From Macrostomum lignano (lineage: Eukaryota), in assembly GCA_002269645.1 (NCBI GenBank), contig NIVC01002882.1, positions 68,137-132,136 of the forward strand: a DNA stretch of 64,000 bases, in the 5' to 3' direction. The notes below the pieces were generated by a model. It did not search any database, had not been told where the DNA came from, and was given only the letters and a program-made list of their open reading frames with translations. Made by a program: the position numbers and the translations under genes. Positions within the stretch are counted from its first letter, which is position 1. Each line of letters opens with the position of its first letter. Shown here piece after piece: positions 1 through 12,552 of this stretch.

Positions 1-890
1 GAGAGCAGTCCGGGTGAGGCGATGGTGGTGTCGATGACTTCGGCCCACCGCCCGTTATTGAACGTTGGTGCATTTCCCACGTTACAGAAATTGAGGTTTG
101 TGCTGCTGACGTAGGCCAGCAGCTCCTCGCCTCTGTTATTGGTGTTCTTGCTGCCCCAATGCAGGTGGTGTGCGTTCACATCCCCTGCAATGAACAGCTC
201 GACCGACGGGACGCGGCGTAGTCAATGAGGCTGACTAGCGCGTCGCAGACTACTGGGGCATCGCCTGGGAAATAGGCAGATGCTACCAGCACAGGTTTAT
301 TTGGAATGAAGCTATTGATTTGAACAACACAGATGTCCCAAGTCGAGAGATCAGGTCTCATCCATGCCTCAAAAGCTTTTGCAGCAAAGACCAGAGATCT
401 TGGGCGACGCTGAGAGTCCGCCATGCAAAAACAGGGGTAGCCAGATGGCACATTATTTGGCTTACCTTTAGTCATCCAGGGCTCCTGCACGAAGACCAGG
501 CCCGGAAGCTGTTGCTCTGTCGTGCGCATCAGGTTGACTGACGCCCGCCACGCAGTGCTGGGTGTTGATCTGCAGATACCAGGTAGCCGCTGGCATCAGT
601 GCAGATCGGGTGTTGCAGTCGCCAGGAGTTCCTCCTCCTCCTCGGCGCTCACCAGCTTCGGGTCGGGGTCGCCGGTGTCCATGGGCTCCTCTTCAGCAAA
701 AGGCCCCCGATTGGTCGGAAGGCAGTAGGCAGCGTTCGCCGCCCTTCGCCAGCCGGCCACGGGGTCCTCCGCTTCAGACTGGCCCAATGCCCTGGAGCAG
801 CCAGCCGCCTGGGCAGGGGGGTCCGTCTCCAGTCGGCCCTGCCCCGAGGGGTTGGGCCCAGCTGGGACGTCCCCACCCTCCGTCCCTCAC
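1..890 (-). mobile_element. Non-LTR retrotransposon (R1/I-like), 5'-truncated: end of ORF1 and APE endonuclease start of ORF2, running off the left edge
   Basis: Minus strand from ATG 596: MPAATWYLQINTQHCVA..LMRTTEQQLPGLVFVQEPW...LVASAYFP...LFIAGDVNAHHLHWGSKNTNNRGELL...PTFNNGRWAEVIDTTI. Two 1-bp frameshifts (~545, ~200). The ORF1 tail (596..787) stops at TGA overlapping the ORF2 ATG. Confidence 0.88.
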
Positions 891-992
891 AGTCAGTGAG
901 TGAGTGACAGTCAGTCAGTCAGTCACCCACTCACTCAAGTCAGTCAGTCAGTCACTCACTCACTCACTCACTCAAGTCAGTCAGTCAGTCAT
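890..992. repeat. (CAGT/CACT)n microsatellite
   Basis: Direct reading. Confidence 0.95.
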
Positions 993-2630
993 TATTTTTC
1001 GTACACTACTAAGACAGGCCAGGAGAGCCGGAAGTTGCTGCTGCGTACATTATTGGCTAAGAAGTATTCATCGGATTTTTGCGGTTGCTGTAGCAGCAGC
1101 TGAGCTTGTTTCTTGTTGCACTGGTATTTTGACGTCAATTTGAAAATTTTGAAGTCTCAGTGCTCGCAGAGCCCACAGAAAACTATGCGTACAACTAATA
1201 GAGTATCAATGAGTTTTGTTAAATCAGAAGCATATTTCATTTCATTTAAATGTAATTTGGCCTACATATAAATGATGTTTCGATAGATACATGTAATTAA
1301 GATACGCTGCATGCTCTCACAGACTACAAACTGGAAAGTACCTAATCGCTGATCTATACTTAGCACAGGCGTTGGGTTCTATTTTAGTTCAACGTTTTCG
1401 GTTTCGCTGCATACTTCAGCTAGTAGCCATAGTGGAACTTACTTGTACATTAGCTAGCTATGCTCGTACAATAGAAAGGAGACTTACGAGCGTATACTAA
1501 AATGTACATTTATAGCTGTACTGTGCATAGTACACCCCGATTAGGGATTTCCAATCTATGCTTAATTACAAGCAATACTTAATGTCTAACTCTGTAGAAA
1601 TACCCATTTGTATATACACTATAGCTTCGTTACGAAAGGGTATTTTGAAGTATTGTTGAATCGTAAAGCACTTCCTACAAGTATACGGATTTATAGTAAA
1701 ACTAGTAACCAGGTACAACTTTTTCGCCATGATTTGGCTTGTTTCGCGTCCCGGTAGTTTAAGTTGTCCCTGCTAGTAACGTTCAGTTAAGATGCTTGGT
1801 CGAACGTTTACTACAATTACAACTTTTTTGTCATCAACTTTCAGTTTTTAATTACAAACTAACAGATAAACTAGCGAATACTCCATCTCTGAGTTGAATC
1901 GATTCGCCCAGATGCAGAGCAAATTTCAGTGTAAGGTACGATTAGAGGGCAGATGGTTGGTTAGAATTATAATTTTCAGTCCACAAAGAATGGATGAGAT
2001 CTCTGTTTAGAACAGGGTAGATCCATTTAGAATGGAAGGTCCTGGCGTTCCAATACTGTAATGACGTCTTCATGGACAGATGATACATTTAATGAAGCAC
2101 AGCCTCTGGGTGGGTTTTTTACTTTTTGAGTAAGTTGATATTTCTCTAATTTATTTTAAAACTCACAACTCGCACTGAGACTATATGGCGTCAAATTGCT
2201 GCCCGTTGGGTATTTTCTGTCCTTTTTGTTGGTAAGTACAGAAGTCAGCAATTTCATTTACTCTCAGCAGACAGTATCGACTACACTTTAATCGCAATGT
2301 GTTTATAGGATTGCTTGGAGCCAAGGAAGGTGCTGCTGTAGGCACTGAGCAGCATTTGATGCCGCTGCCGCTGTGTCCACTTCTAACTTCGTGAGGAAGT
2401 CGATTGAACAATGTTTGGATCGTAGGCTCGTATTAGTGTTCCTGAAAATCTATTGGTATACTCGTATTTATCTTTTACATCTTGGCTCAAAACTATTTTT
2501 TTTATTTTTAGTTTTTACAACAAAACTTTAATTTTTAATTTCAAATTTTAATTTTTTTTAAACTGTTTAACAAAATATTAATTAAATCCCCTGTTTTGAA
2601 TACGAGCTAAATTTGTTTTTTATTGCCCAC

Positions 2631-4693
2631 TTAACCTCTACGCGACGGGTGGGGTTTAGCATCACCCCTGTTGCCGACGGCTGTCCCGAAATCGGGACAT
2701 AGACTATTGGACAGTCGCTAAAGTTGCTGCTGCAGCACCCCCTTTCCCGCCGGTTTCTCTCTGTGGCGACTGTCTTAGTCATTTCTTAATTTGATCTGCA
2801 CTTGTCTCTATTTACTTTTTTTTCTCTCTTTGTCCAGTTCAGTCTTGTTATTTTTATCTGTTTCCCTCGCTGCCTTCTGATTGGCTCTTCAACCTCGCCT
2901 CTTTTAGTCGCGAGTTCCATCCCCTTTTTTATTATCTGCACTCCCCCTCCTTAGTTTAATGTCTTTTAAATATATTCGTTTAGGGCCCTGTCCAATTACA
3001 ATTAAATAGCCTCTCTTATTTTTCCTGCACTTTCACTCTAACTATATATTTACTGTCTCACTGGCTGCTGCGCTTACTCGCGTTGTTATTGCCATGGAAT
3101 CTGAAAACGAATACGCAGCCATTTTCACTGATGACGACTCGCTGGAGTCGCTAGATAGAATCGAGGACGAGTTGATGGAGGAAGAAGGCGAAGAATAAGA
3201 AGAAGAAGAAGAAGGCATGCAGACAGAGGAAGTTGGTGATGTACCAGAGTGGCACTTTGTTCAGACTGGAATGGATGCTGTGCCGAATGAAGCCGAGTTT
3301 CTGGGAACACCAGGGGTTCACCCAGATTGGAGGCCTCAAGCTTCAGCTGATGGAAACGAAGAGGAGTTTCTGCGTCTCTACCTCACTGATGGAATCATTG
3401 CAAGCGTGAAAACCTGGACGAATCGTAGGGCGTGGAAGATATTCAAGGAGTGCGCTGACGAAGAGCAGTTGCCGAAGCTGGTAAAGAACTGGAGAGATTG
3501 TACAGATGATGAGGTGAGGAAGCTGTTCTGTTGATGGGCCTGGACAAAAAGCCGGAGATCAGCAGCTACTGGAGCCAGGACCCTGTTTTCCATTGCTCCT
3601 TTCTGTCCATGCCCAATGCCCTCCGAGAGATAGGTTCAAGTAGCTGCTTTCCTGCCTTCGTTTCTACGACTGCACGGATGTCCAGGAAGGGCCCTTGGCC
3701 AAGATCCAGCGGACAGGAAGAGCAGCGGAACAAAGACCGTGTATCTCCTGGACACTGCTGGGCAGGCTGCCTGTGTGAACGTGCCCCGAGTCCGTCGGGG
3801 AGGCGAGCAGCAGGTGATCGCAAAGCCAGTGACAGTGGTCACCTACTCGAAGAGTATGGGCGGCGTGGACCGTATGGATTCGGCAGCGAACCCCTACCTG
3901 GCCAGCCGGAAAACGCAGCGCTGGTTTCAGAAACTCGCGTTTTACCTGCTGCTGCTTCTGGTTCGGAACTCGTGGATCGTCTACCGCCAGCACGGAGGTA
4001 CCAAGACTTTCGTGGCGTTTCTGCGCAAAGCAGTCAGCATCTTGGTGGAGGAGACTGGCAGGGGCAGGCGCCATTTCGCTGTCAGGGCAGGCCGTCCTGC
4101 AGCAGTCGGACCGGCAGGTGACGGCCCTGCAGTACAGCATTTGCCGACCAAAGCTCCATTGAACGCTGCCCATGTTCGGCCGTGCAATCAATGCCGCGTG
4201 TGCAGCGAGAACCGAATCGCGAAGAAGACAGTGTACATATGCCCTGATTGTCCGGGAGTACCAGCACTTTGTATAGGCCAGTACTTCAGAAACTGGCACA
4301 GCCAACCGCACTGACTGTTACAGACCTTCTCGTCTTCATGTTTTTTTCTTCCACACCCTCGGTTGACTTTGCTCTTTCCATTCCTAACCCGCTCCCTTTT
4401 TGTCCCCACCCTTGAATAAAATTTAAATATTTATGGAGTACCCTAACAAGGAGCTTTCCGTTGCTATGGTGTCAATCCAAAATTATCTGTTCTAATCCTG
4501 TTTCTGTTCTGTTAGCACTTTCACTTATTTTAAATTAAAATAAAGCTGTGTGTCCCGTTTTTGGGACATAGCCGTCGGCAACGGCAGTGCAGCGCAGCTG
4601 CAGTTTTGACCATAGAGCTTAGTTTTAAGTTTTCGGCTGAAGCAGAAGTGGCTGCTTGTCCCGTATTCGGGACATCCGTCGGCTTACCGTTAA
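2631..4693 (+). mobile_element. piggyBac DNA transposon, internally deleted
   Basis: TTAA at 2631-2634 and 4690-4693; imperfect inverted ends sharing CGACGG; palindromic TGTCCCG-N-GGGACA motifs at 2682, 4551 and 4657; transposase remnant inside. Confidence 0.85.
3094..4314 (+). pseudogene. piggyBac (PGBD-type) transposase, disrupted
   Basis: Acidic N-terminus; FLRLYLTDGIIASVKTWTNRRA; LMGLDKKPEISSYWSQDPVF; YSKSMGGVDRMD...RKTQRWFQKLAFYLL; C-terminal CRVC...CPDCPGVPALC Cys-rich domain. Contains a stop, frameshifts and loss of part of the DDD core. Confidence 0.9.
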
Positions 4694-5022
4694 ATAAAAA
4701 AAGGTTTTACGAGACGCACCAAAAAGTTCATTCCAGCTATCAGAAAACAAAGTACATGTATCGGCATTCGTTCTTTGCGTTTGTAAGCCGGAGAGTCGGA
4801 ACTCGTGGAATTGGAGATGGACTGTGGGGCCGCAACCGTCGTTTTCCACTCAAACGAGACAGGAGAGGTCCAGGAGAGTTGCCTGTAGTTGAAGATGGGA
4901 TTTTGCATGGGCGTTCATCGGATATCTATCGAAGTAGAACATGAGAGATACTCGTATAATTTACAGATGTTCATTACGAGAAAGGATCCGAGAGAATCAG
5001 GATCAGAACAGTCAGGACCAGA

Positions 5023-5602
5023 GTTTTCACCACTCGGATCAACCAGTGGGTGGCTTCAAAGCACAGGGAGAGGTAGGCTAACGCCCCGACTGCCGGCAAT
5101 CCCGCGCGACTGTCCCCTGTCCTTCCTCCGCCCTGCGCAGGGACCTGCCTGGACTCAACCGCGGGGACATCAGGGCGGTGACCATGGCTTTCTCGGGTCA
5201 TGGCTGCTTTGCTAGGCATCGCTACCCCCAGGAGAAAATCCGCAGTGAGGAATGCCCTTTCTGCCTCTCCGGTGTCGAGAATGCGGAGCACTTCATCTGT
5301 GAATGCCCCGCCTTTACTCAGGACAGGCTCAACTACCTCGGCCCAAACCCGGACCTCTTCGACGTTTTCAGGCCCGAGAATCTCTGCCAGCTCGTCAGCT
5401 ACCTAAGGGCTACCGGGCGAGCGACAATCCACCTCCTGGACTCTCCGGAGGGGGACCGCGCTGCGGACACTGGCGCCACCGGAACTCTCTGCGCAACAGC
5501 GCAGCACTAGCTGCCCGTGGTCGCCAGGGGTTAGCGAAATGGGCGGCAACGCCTCCTCGCTGTTTCCGGACGCACGGAGCCCCCTGCAGCTAAGTCAAGT
5601 AA
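5023..5602 (+). mobile_element. 3' fragment of an RNase H-type LINE (R1/I-like)
   Basis: CCHC-type [21 protein letters not shown]; clearly similar to 13705-14283; flanked by AGTCAGGACCAGA at 5010-5022 and 5603-5615. Confidence 0.8.
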
Positions 5603-5815
5603 AGTCAGGACCAGAAGAGTCAGGACCAGAAGAGTCAGGACCAGAAGAGTCAGGACCAGAAGAGTCAGGACCAGAAGAGTCAGGACCAGAAGAGTCAGGA
5701 CCAGAAGAGTCAGGACCAGAAGAGTCAGGACCAGAAGAGTCAGGACCAGAAGAGTCAGGATCAGAAGAGTCAGGACCAGAGAGTCAGGACCAGAAGAATC
5801 AGGATCAGGATCAGA
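5603..5815. repeat. 15-bp tandem repeat AGTCAGGACCAGAAG
   Basis: About 12 units; source of the SGPEE pseudo-ORF. Confidence 0.95.
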
Positions 5816-6039
5816 CAGTCATATTCATATTGATAAGCTATATTGTATGGCGCCCCTAATAAGATATTAAAAATGGCCATTCCCAACAAGCTGTCTTACA
5901 TCCTTAAATCCCCCTTCTATATAGCGTCGAGCGCTCTTTTTGCGTCCGTGCTTATGAGCGTAAATGTTTGTCATGCTTTGAATTTTATTGAAAGCGTTGC
6001 CAATTCGAGGTTGTGGCACAATGAAATGAATATCATTTA

Positions 6040-6760
6040 GCTTCTTTCATCTCCCACCAGAGCTACAGAAACACAGTCTACCTCCTACTCTCGTACAGGT
6101 AGTGTACCACCTTAGAGTACTACCTTGTTCTGAAAAAACGTTCTGCTTGAGGCTATTGCTGTTCGAAACGTTTGGAACCAAAATAGCGAGATTTTTTAGA
6201 GATAATTGGCAACATAAAGGTTACTGTGGGCCAATGTGGTTTAACAAATTATCAAACAAGTAGCAATTTTTTACATTGTCAGTTTAAACGAATAAAGACC
6301 AAATGGTCTGCATTTGCCGTCGTCCATTGTTGTTTTGTCCGATTTGCTGGTAAGTTTTTAGTGCTGAAATTTCTTCTTTTAATAAAGAGCGGCGTTATCG
6401 AATCAGTCGACCGTTTTATACTGTATATTAAATTTACTCAGGGCGGCCAAGATAGCCGGAAGTTGCTGCTGCGTACATTGGCGAAGAAGAGTTCATATGG
6501 TTTCTGTGGTTGCTGCTGGTGCAGCTGTGCTGTCGGTCGTTGCACTCACAATGTGACATCAATTTGAATGGTCGGAAGTCTTAGTGCACGCAGAGAGCAT
6601 GAACTTATTACGTGCAATACATGGTCCTATTGGTTGTATCTATTATTGTGTTAATGAGTTTTGCTTAATCAGAAGCGAAGCGTCTTCCGTTTGAACTTGA
6701 AAATGAATTGCTATTATTGGGCCTATATTTAAATCGTGTTTCTTTGAATACGACTTGAAC
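6040..6760 (-). pseudogene. Copy 2 of the degraded tandem unit (continues at 7020-7130 and 13055-13420)
   Basis: 6110-6420 resembles 14720-15000 (minus-strand TMD..GK.R.F.LYSFK); 6440-6760 resembles 1000-1290 and 15630-15900. Confidence 0.5.
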
Positions 6761-6761
6761 A

Positions 6762-7017
6762 ACTCAGCAACATTGAAAAGTCGCCATCACAGAAGATTCC
6801 GTCTGTAGTCGCCACTTTTGAGAGTGCAGGTAAAGTCTGTCAATCTTTGCGAGTGACGCAACTCAGCTACGCCACGCAACAGATGGATTGCGGTGTGCGA
6901 GGGTTGGACGGAATTAAGACCGATCAGTTTTCTCGCATCTCGCATATTATTTCAGAATAGTACAAGAGAAATTGCTCACTGGTGACTTTTAGTGGCGACT
7001 TTGCAATGTTGCTGAGT
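6762..7017. mobile_element. MITE with ~25-bp terminal inverted repeats
   Basis: ACTCAGCAACATTGAAAAGTCGCCA ... TGGCGACTTTGCAATGTTGCTGAGT; no coding capacity. Confidence 0.65.
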
Positions 7018-7639
7018 ATATTTCTACGAGTATAGCTGATAGTCTGACCTATTTCGAAATAGTTAAGAAAGTCTAAACTTCATTTTCTCCCAGAACTGTT
7101 ACTCCTCACAACGAAAATGTTTTAGATAGCTATTGGGCCGTATCAAGGACAACTTGTCAAGGACAAGGCCATAGAACAATGCTTTTAAACGAGCCTCATA
7201 CTTTTTTCGCCATGAATTGGCTCGTTTCCGGTCCTGAGTTATCAAGTTGTCCTTGGCCGTATGCAGAAAGCTTAGTCCAGACTAGCTAGTCCGGACTGGG
7301 TAGTTTTGTCTAGGGGCTTCAAATCGGTATGCACAAAAGCTAGTCGCGACTACCGAGATTAGTCTAGGCTATACTATACTAGTCTAAGCTAGACAGAGCG
7401 CCCAACTTTAGCGCCTAGTTTTAATGAATTTTTTAGTTCTATGGTCCAAACCCCTGTAAATGCTTTCTGTTTATATACTGGGTCGCTAACTTAACCGTTT
7501 CTATACTGGTTCTCTGTGCATATGCGTATTCTTCTGAAATGTCAGCGACAACAGACTACGAAACAGTTCTTCTTGACGTTCTACAAGGACATTCGGCTTC
7601 TGCTTCGGCTTCGGCCCTCTGGGTTTTGATATGGAGTGA

Positions 7640-8440
7640 GTAGAAAATCGTTCGTAGAGTCGGTATCCAGAATCTCCGACTAGATAGCCCTCCGATTGGG
7701 CGTCTAGAAGCGATCCGAAAAGAAAACTGTTGCGAAATATTCTCGAGTCATGGACCGAACCAGGCCATTGAGCAGTTATTTCGAGAAAGAAGTATCTCGC
7801 ATCGTAGACTGCTTGGACGTTAATAGAGTGGTAGTTTTTACGATTAATGAATTCATCTGGAAAGTTCTCATCAGATGGCCTTTGAATTCGTACATGCGTA
7901 CAGTCGATAGCACCGATTACATCTGCCAGTTGACTAATTTGATTAAACCCTGTTGACACTCGCCTCCGCTCAACACCTGGCTCTGGATAGCGGATGTTAT
8001 TCAAGCGGAGATTCAGTATCCTGACCACTCCCCAGTAGCAGCGGGACATGGTGCTTTGGTCGATACCTCCAAGAGCAGGTTCTGCTGAAAGCTTCCAGTG
8101 CCGAGATAAGATAGTGTCTGGCACAGCTGTAGCATGGGAGTCAGGCTTCTGTTACGCATTGTCGTCCGTTCGAGATCTGTCTCGACAAGCTCCACAAGTG
8201 ATAGAAGTGATCTAGGTTCGAACCGAAACAGCCTTTTAATTTCAACCTCCGAGAATTGTTGAAGTGGCTCCAACCCATGGATGAATGAATAGAATGGATT
8301 GCTATTCTGGCTCTGGCTATTTTCGTTTTTGACTCTTTTGCATCCGGTTCCCCCCCGTGCCTTTTCATTGGTTGATGATTGCCATAGACAATTTTCGGCC
8401 TTCGCCCCTTTCTTTCGATGCACAAGCGCTTTCGCTCGTG
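7640..8440 (-). pseudogene. Harbinger (HARBI1-like, DDE_Tnp_4) transposase, frameshifted and 3'-truncated
   Basis: RLFRF..LLSLVELVETDLERTTMRNRSLTPMLQLCQTLSYLGTGSFQ; GIDQSTMSR; VIGAIDCTHVRI...NRKNYHSINVQAVYD...WPGSVHDSRIF...YLVGDSGY. Confidence 0.92.
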
Positions 8441-11400
8441 TTTTGAAATAAAGGGGGGTCGTTCTCAAAGCTAGGTCACAACTTTTTGTTATTGCAAAAA
8501 AAGTTTATACATCGACCAATAATCGTACAAAAAAAAATTATTTCGACAATTTCTGTAAGAAGCTGCTACTAAAACCACAAGAAAACTTGAAATTGAGAAG
8601 AAATCAAGGCTATTTGTTATTCTTTGTTGCGGAAAATAAACGACAAAAATATTAAAGAGAAAATAAAATTTTCTTCCATTTTTATTTTAAATATGCAGTT
8701 AAATTACTTTTGCAAAAATAAAAGAACAAGAAATTGACAAAGGAAATGTTTTTGAGCACAGCATTTTGTTACTCTGCTCTAAATCCCATACATTTAAAAT
8801 TATCGTGTGCGAAAAAGTGCGAAATTATTATAGCACGCACTCGAAAGAACTTCGATCAGTTTAACTAATCACTGAATTAAGAAGTCTAAATAAGTCTTGA
8901 AAGGTTGAATTAAAAATCAAGTTTTCACTATATGTATCTTTTCAAAGGCAAGATGATTCGACAAATAAAGAATGTTCATTTTTACCTTGAATAGAATTGT
9001 TCATTTTTACATTAAATATAATAAAATCTAACTAATAATAGAAAAAGTCAGGGAACTATCCTTGAACACCAAAAAGCACATTGTGGATTTAATATCGACT
9101 GCATGTTCCTTAATAAATGAATTCAGATACTAGTATATATTTGATTATTTGTAGCATAATTTATTAATTTCTGAAAACTATAACTTGCTTGATTTTACTT
9201 TAAGTACTCATTACATTAATACTTATACCAAAGCTACATGTACTTAAAATAAAAAATTATAGTTACTTATTAGACATTTTACTCCAATTAACTTAAAATA
9301 ATTCAAATTTATTTTAATTAATTCATTTTTTGAAACTTTTTGAAAACTAGACAAAATTGAATTATTTCTGAATTATTGAATTGAATTACCAAAAACCTAC
9401 TAGCTTAACTAAAATAGCAATTAGTCTTTAAGAAAAGATTTCACTTGTTAATTGAGAAAAATGAGGATGTGCGAGGTGTAAAAATGCGAAAGAGCATGCA
9501 GGAAACAGAGACAAACAAAAATGTAGGTAAAAGACACTGCACACGCACATAATATGATAACCAGACATAATGCGCACACTGAAACACCAGTAGCAATGAC
9601 GCCCAAGCTTTTGATGATCACAAGCGAAAAGGCAAAACCCAGCCATCAATCAAAGAAGTAGACTATAGCACGTATCTTGAGTGCATCACGCATTTTTTGC
9701 AGAGAAGCTCGAAAATTAACATTGTATTCTGTGCACAACCACCAACTGCGACAGGGTCTGCCGGGGGATTTGTGGGCACGCGGTCGCGGATACAAATCGG
9801 AGGAGTCGCTGACCAATCTGAAATTACATGCTAGTACATGTAATTTTGTGTATTAATATATTTAGCCCGCTTTATTTCTATGCTCTCGTCCGCCTCTCGT
9901 TAATGCATCCCCAGACTCATGCAATAATCAAACTTATGATCGAACTATGCATGGCTTCCGTCCCTCGCTTTGAATCTCTCACCTCCCCATAGTTCCATCA
10001 ACCTTACCGTAGTGGCTTCCTATGCAAAAATCATCCCTCCGCATCTTACACAGGCTACTTCAGGCTGTAGACTGTACTACACTATTAATTAGTTGCGCTA
10101 AGGAATCTACATGTATTTGCTCGCAGCGCAGCGCGCTGCTCAAATAAGTTTAGATCTATCTAGATCTAGTAATTTCAGGTTTGTCCATAGACTAGAGCTC
10201 ATGAGATGAGAATTCCATTAACTAGTACATTTAATATGAATGAACTGCGTGTGTGTGTGCTGTGCATACATATGTATAATATACGAGTAGTTTATGGGCC
10301 AAATTATTGTGTGGCACAATTCTTGGCATCACTCAGCAGGCACAAGATGCAGTTAAGCAGCGCACGAAAATTCTACAAAAGAAATTGAGCCTGGTTGAGG
10401 TGATGCGAGGAGGCAGATCCACACAATCTCAGTGAATACACCAGACTGCACCAGATACGAGTCCAGTCGAATGTGCGCACTGGTCTAAGCAGCACACGCA
10501 TGTCCTCCTGACAATGACGGCACCTAGCTTCGTCCAAGCCTTTGCCAGCGTCACTGACAGCGTCAATACTACCATGCAGTGCCACCTGCAGCACCGACAA
10601 CGGCAATTCCTCCAGTTAGCCCACAACAGTGGCTAAACTGAGGGACAGGGAACCTACCCGTAGAAGACACACACATACACACACAGCACCGGCAGCAGCA
10701 CTCTGACAGCATAACCTAAAGCTCCATGAGCTCAGTTTTCAAGCATTGAAGAAGCAGAAGCAGTCATCTTGAATCCAGGGATCAGGAAGAGTGTTGCATG
10801 TCCGACATGTGCTGTTTCCGTGGCAAAAGGTGATGGAGCAAATTAATCAACACTTACTATCTAGCTCGTATTAAGACAAAAAAACTGAGGCAAGCTGGGA
10901 TTAAACCAAAGAAAATTTTTTACTATACTTTTTTACCATACTTTTACTATACTTCTATAGTATAGTAGAGAGGTACTCTATTTAAATGCAGTAAGAAGTG
11001 AAACAAATTTATATATTTAATTATTAAATTAAATTAATTCAAGGTAAATAACTAATTTAACCAATTTATTAGGAGTATTTAATATTATAATAAATTGATT
11101 TTTATACCTTATACGAAATAAGCTCTACATTCATTTCTTAGCTTGGGGCCCATCTGTATAAGGTCAGTTTCTTCAAAATGCTGATTAATTAATTAAGGCC
11201 TGTTGTCTTTAATTAAATTTATAAGGGCATCTTAGAAGTTAATATTACTATATAATACATGTATAATATTATTACTATATTATAATAATATAGTTGCAAT
11301 TTTAATGACTATTGAATAAGTCTAAATGCTTCCCCTATTGACTTTAAATATATGGTATCTTTCCCTTCAGAAAAAATTTGCATAGAATGACTTGATGAAA

Positions 11401-12343
11401 ACAAAAAAAATCATTTCGAGATACACATTTGCTGATCATTCAGGTCAAATTTCAAGGTCCAGTTTTGCACATGTTTCTCTGTAGCTTGGTTACAAGGATT
11501 CTAATAAAAATATAATAAATATGTCCAATGAACTAACTGATACATAGCCAAATTGAAGTATTTTCAAAAACAAAAAAAATCATTTGCTCAGTTTACTTTA
11601 CTGGATATCTGTGTAAAATTTCAGCTCAAAAGGTGCTCCATGGAGAATGCTAGTGTGGTTACAGGATATTTATTTTGTGCTTCAAAGTAGGAGTTTATTG
11701 CGATGCATGGTTGCTTTTAATTATTTTTATCAACAATAGTGCTCTATTTCATAACAATTTTTTACAAAAAGATAATAAGACATGTTTTTCTAATTATCTG
11801 CATCAAAATGTATCATTTTAAGCGCACATTCTAGACGTCAGCTGAAAAATACATTTTGTGAGATGAGAAGAGGCTATCCCACCGGAAATGCTAGGCGTAC
11901 AATTAAGCGTCTATAAAATAATTTATAGTGCAGTTTATTAAGCTTTAAAAAATCTTAAATTAAATTTACATAAGCTTTCATTTTAAATGTAATATAGCAA
12001 GGTTTCAACACAACAACAACTTTTTTTAGCTACAGACATCTTGTAGTATCAAAAATTAACATCGGTAAAATGATTGAATTTGAATTTTTTCATCGCTAAT
12101 TATCGCTTAATACCGCCAGATGATTAAAAACACTTTTGCATGATAAAGTTCAACCCAAAAATTATCTTTATTCACAGATAAAAGTGTCCTATTATTTTCA
12201 ATATGGCAGTAACAATAGTAAATGTTCGGAAAATTGTTAAAATTTTTGCTCCTCCTAGAATTTGCGAACGACCCACGGGGAAGACCTACAAGCACGATTC
12301 GAGAGTCGATTCGTCTACAATAAAATCAGTTCTTTGCGCTTGT

Positions 12344-12552
12344 TGTTGTAGCATTATTATTATTATTATTATTATTGTAGCATTGTCATCGCACCCTCAT
12401 CATCACCCTCGACATGAAAATCTGAAATCATTACTGTTGTAACTTGCAGGGGATTTGTTATCATTCCTCTGCTTCAATTAACAACTTCAATTGACAAACA
12501 AGTAACCAGAGAATATCGAGCGCTCGATATTCTCTGCAAGTAACTGACATTC
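12344..12552 (-). mobile_element. Short retroposed insert with (AAT)n tail and 18-bp target-site duplication
   Basis: TCAGTTCTTTGCGCTTGT at 12326-12343 and 12553-12570; (ATT)n at the left end; internal 30-bp palindrome at 12507-12536. Confidence 0.7.

Larger units (their letters stand above)
993..4980 (-). pseudogene. Copy 1 of a degraded tandem unit of unknown identity (993-2630 and 4694-4980, split by piggyBac)
   Basis: Shares blocks with 6040-6760, 13055-13420 and 14690-17690, e.g. CGGAAGTTGCTGCTGCGTACATT at ~1029, ~6458 and ~15649, and GCACAGGC at ~1363, 13261 and ~16464. The minus-strand peptide NVRSSNFR recurs in all three copies. Confidence 0.5.

Noticed and set aside
10350-10626. Possible Myb/SANT partner gene of the Harbinger element
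   Set aside because: An open-looking stretch exists, but no Trp-spaced Myb motif could be recognised and it contains an in-frame stop.
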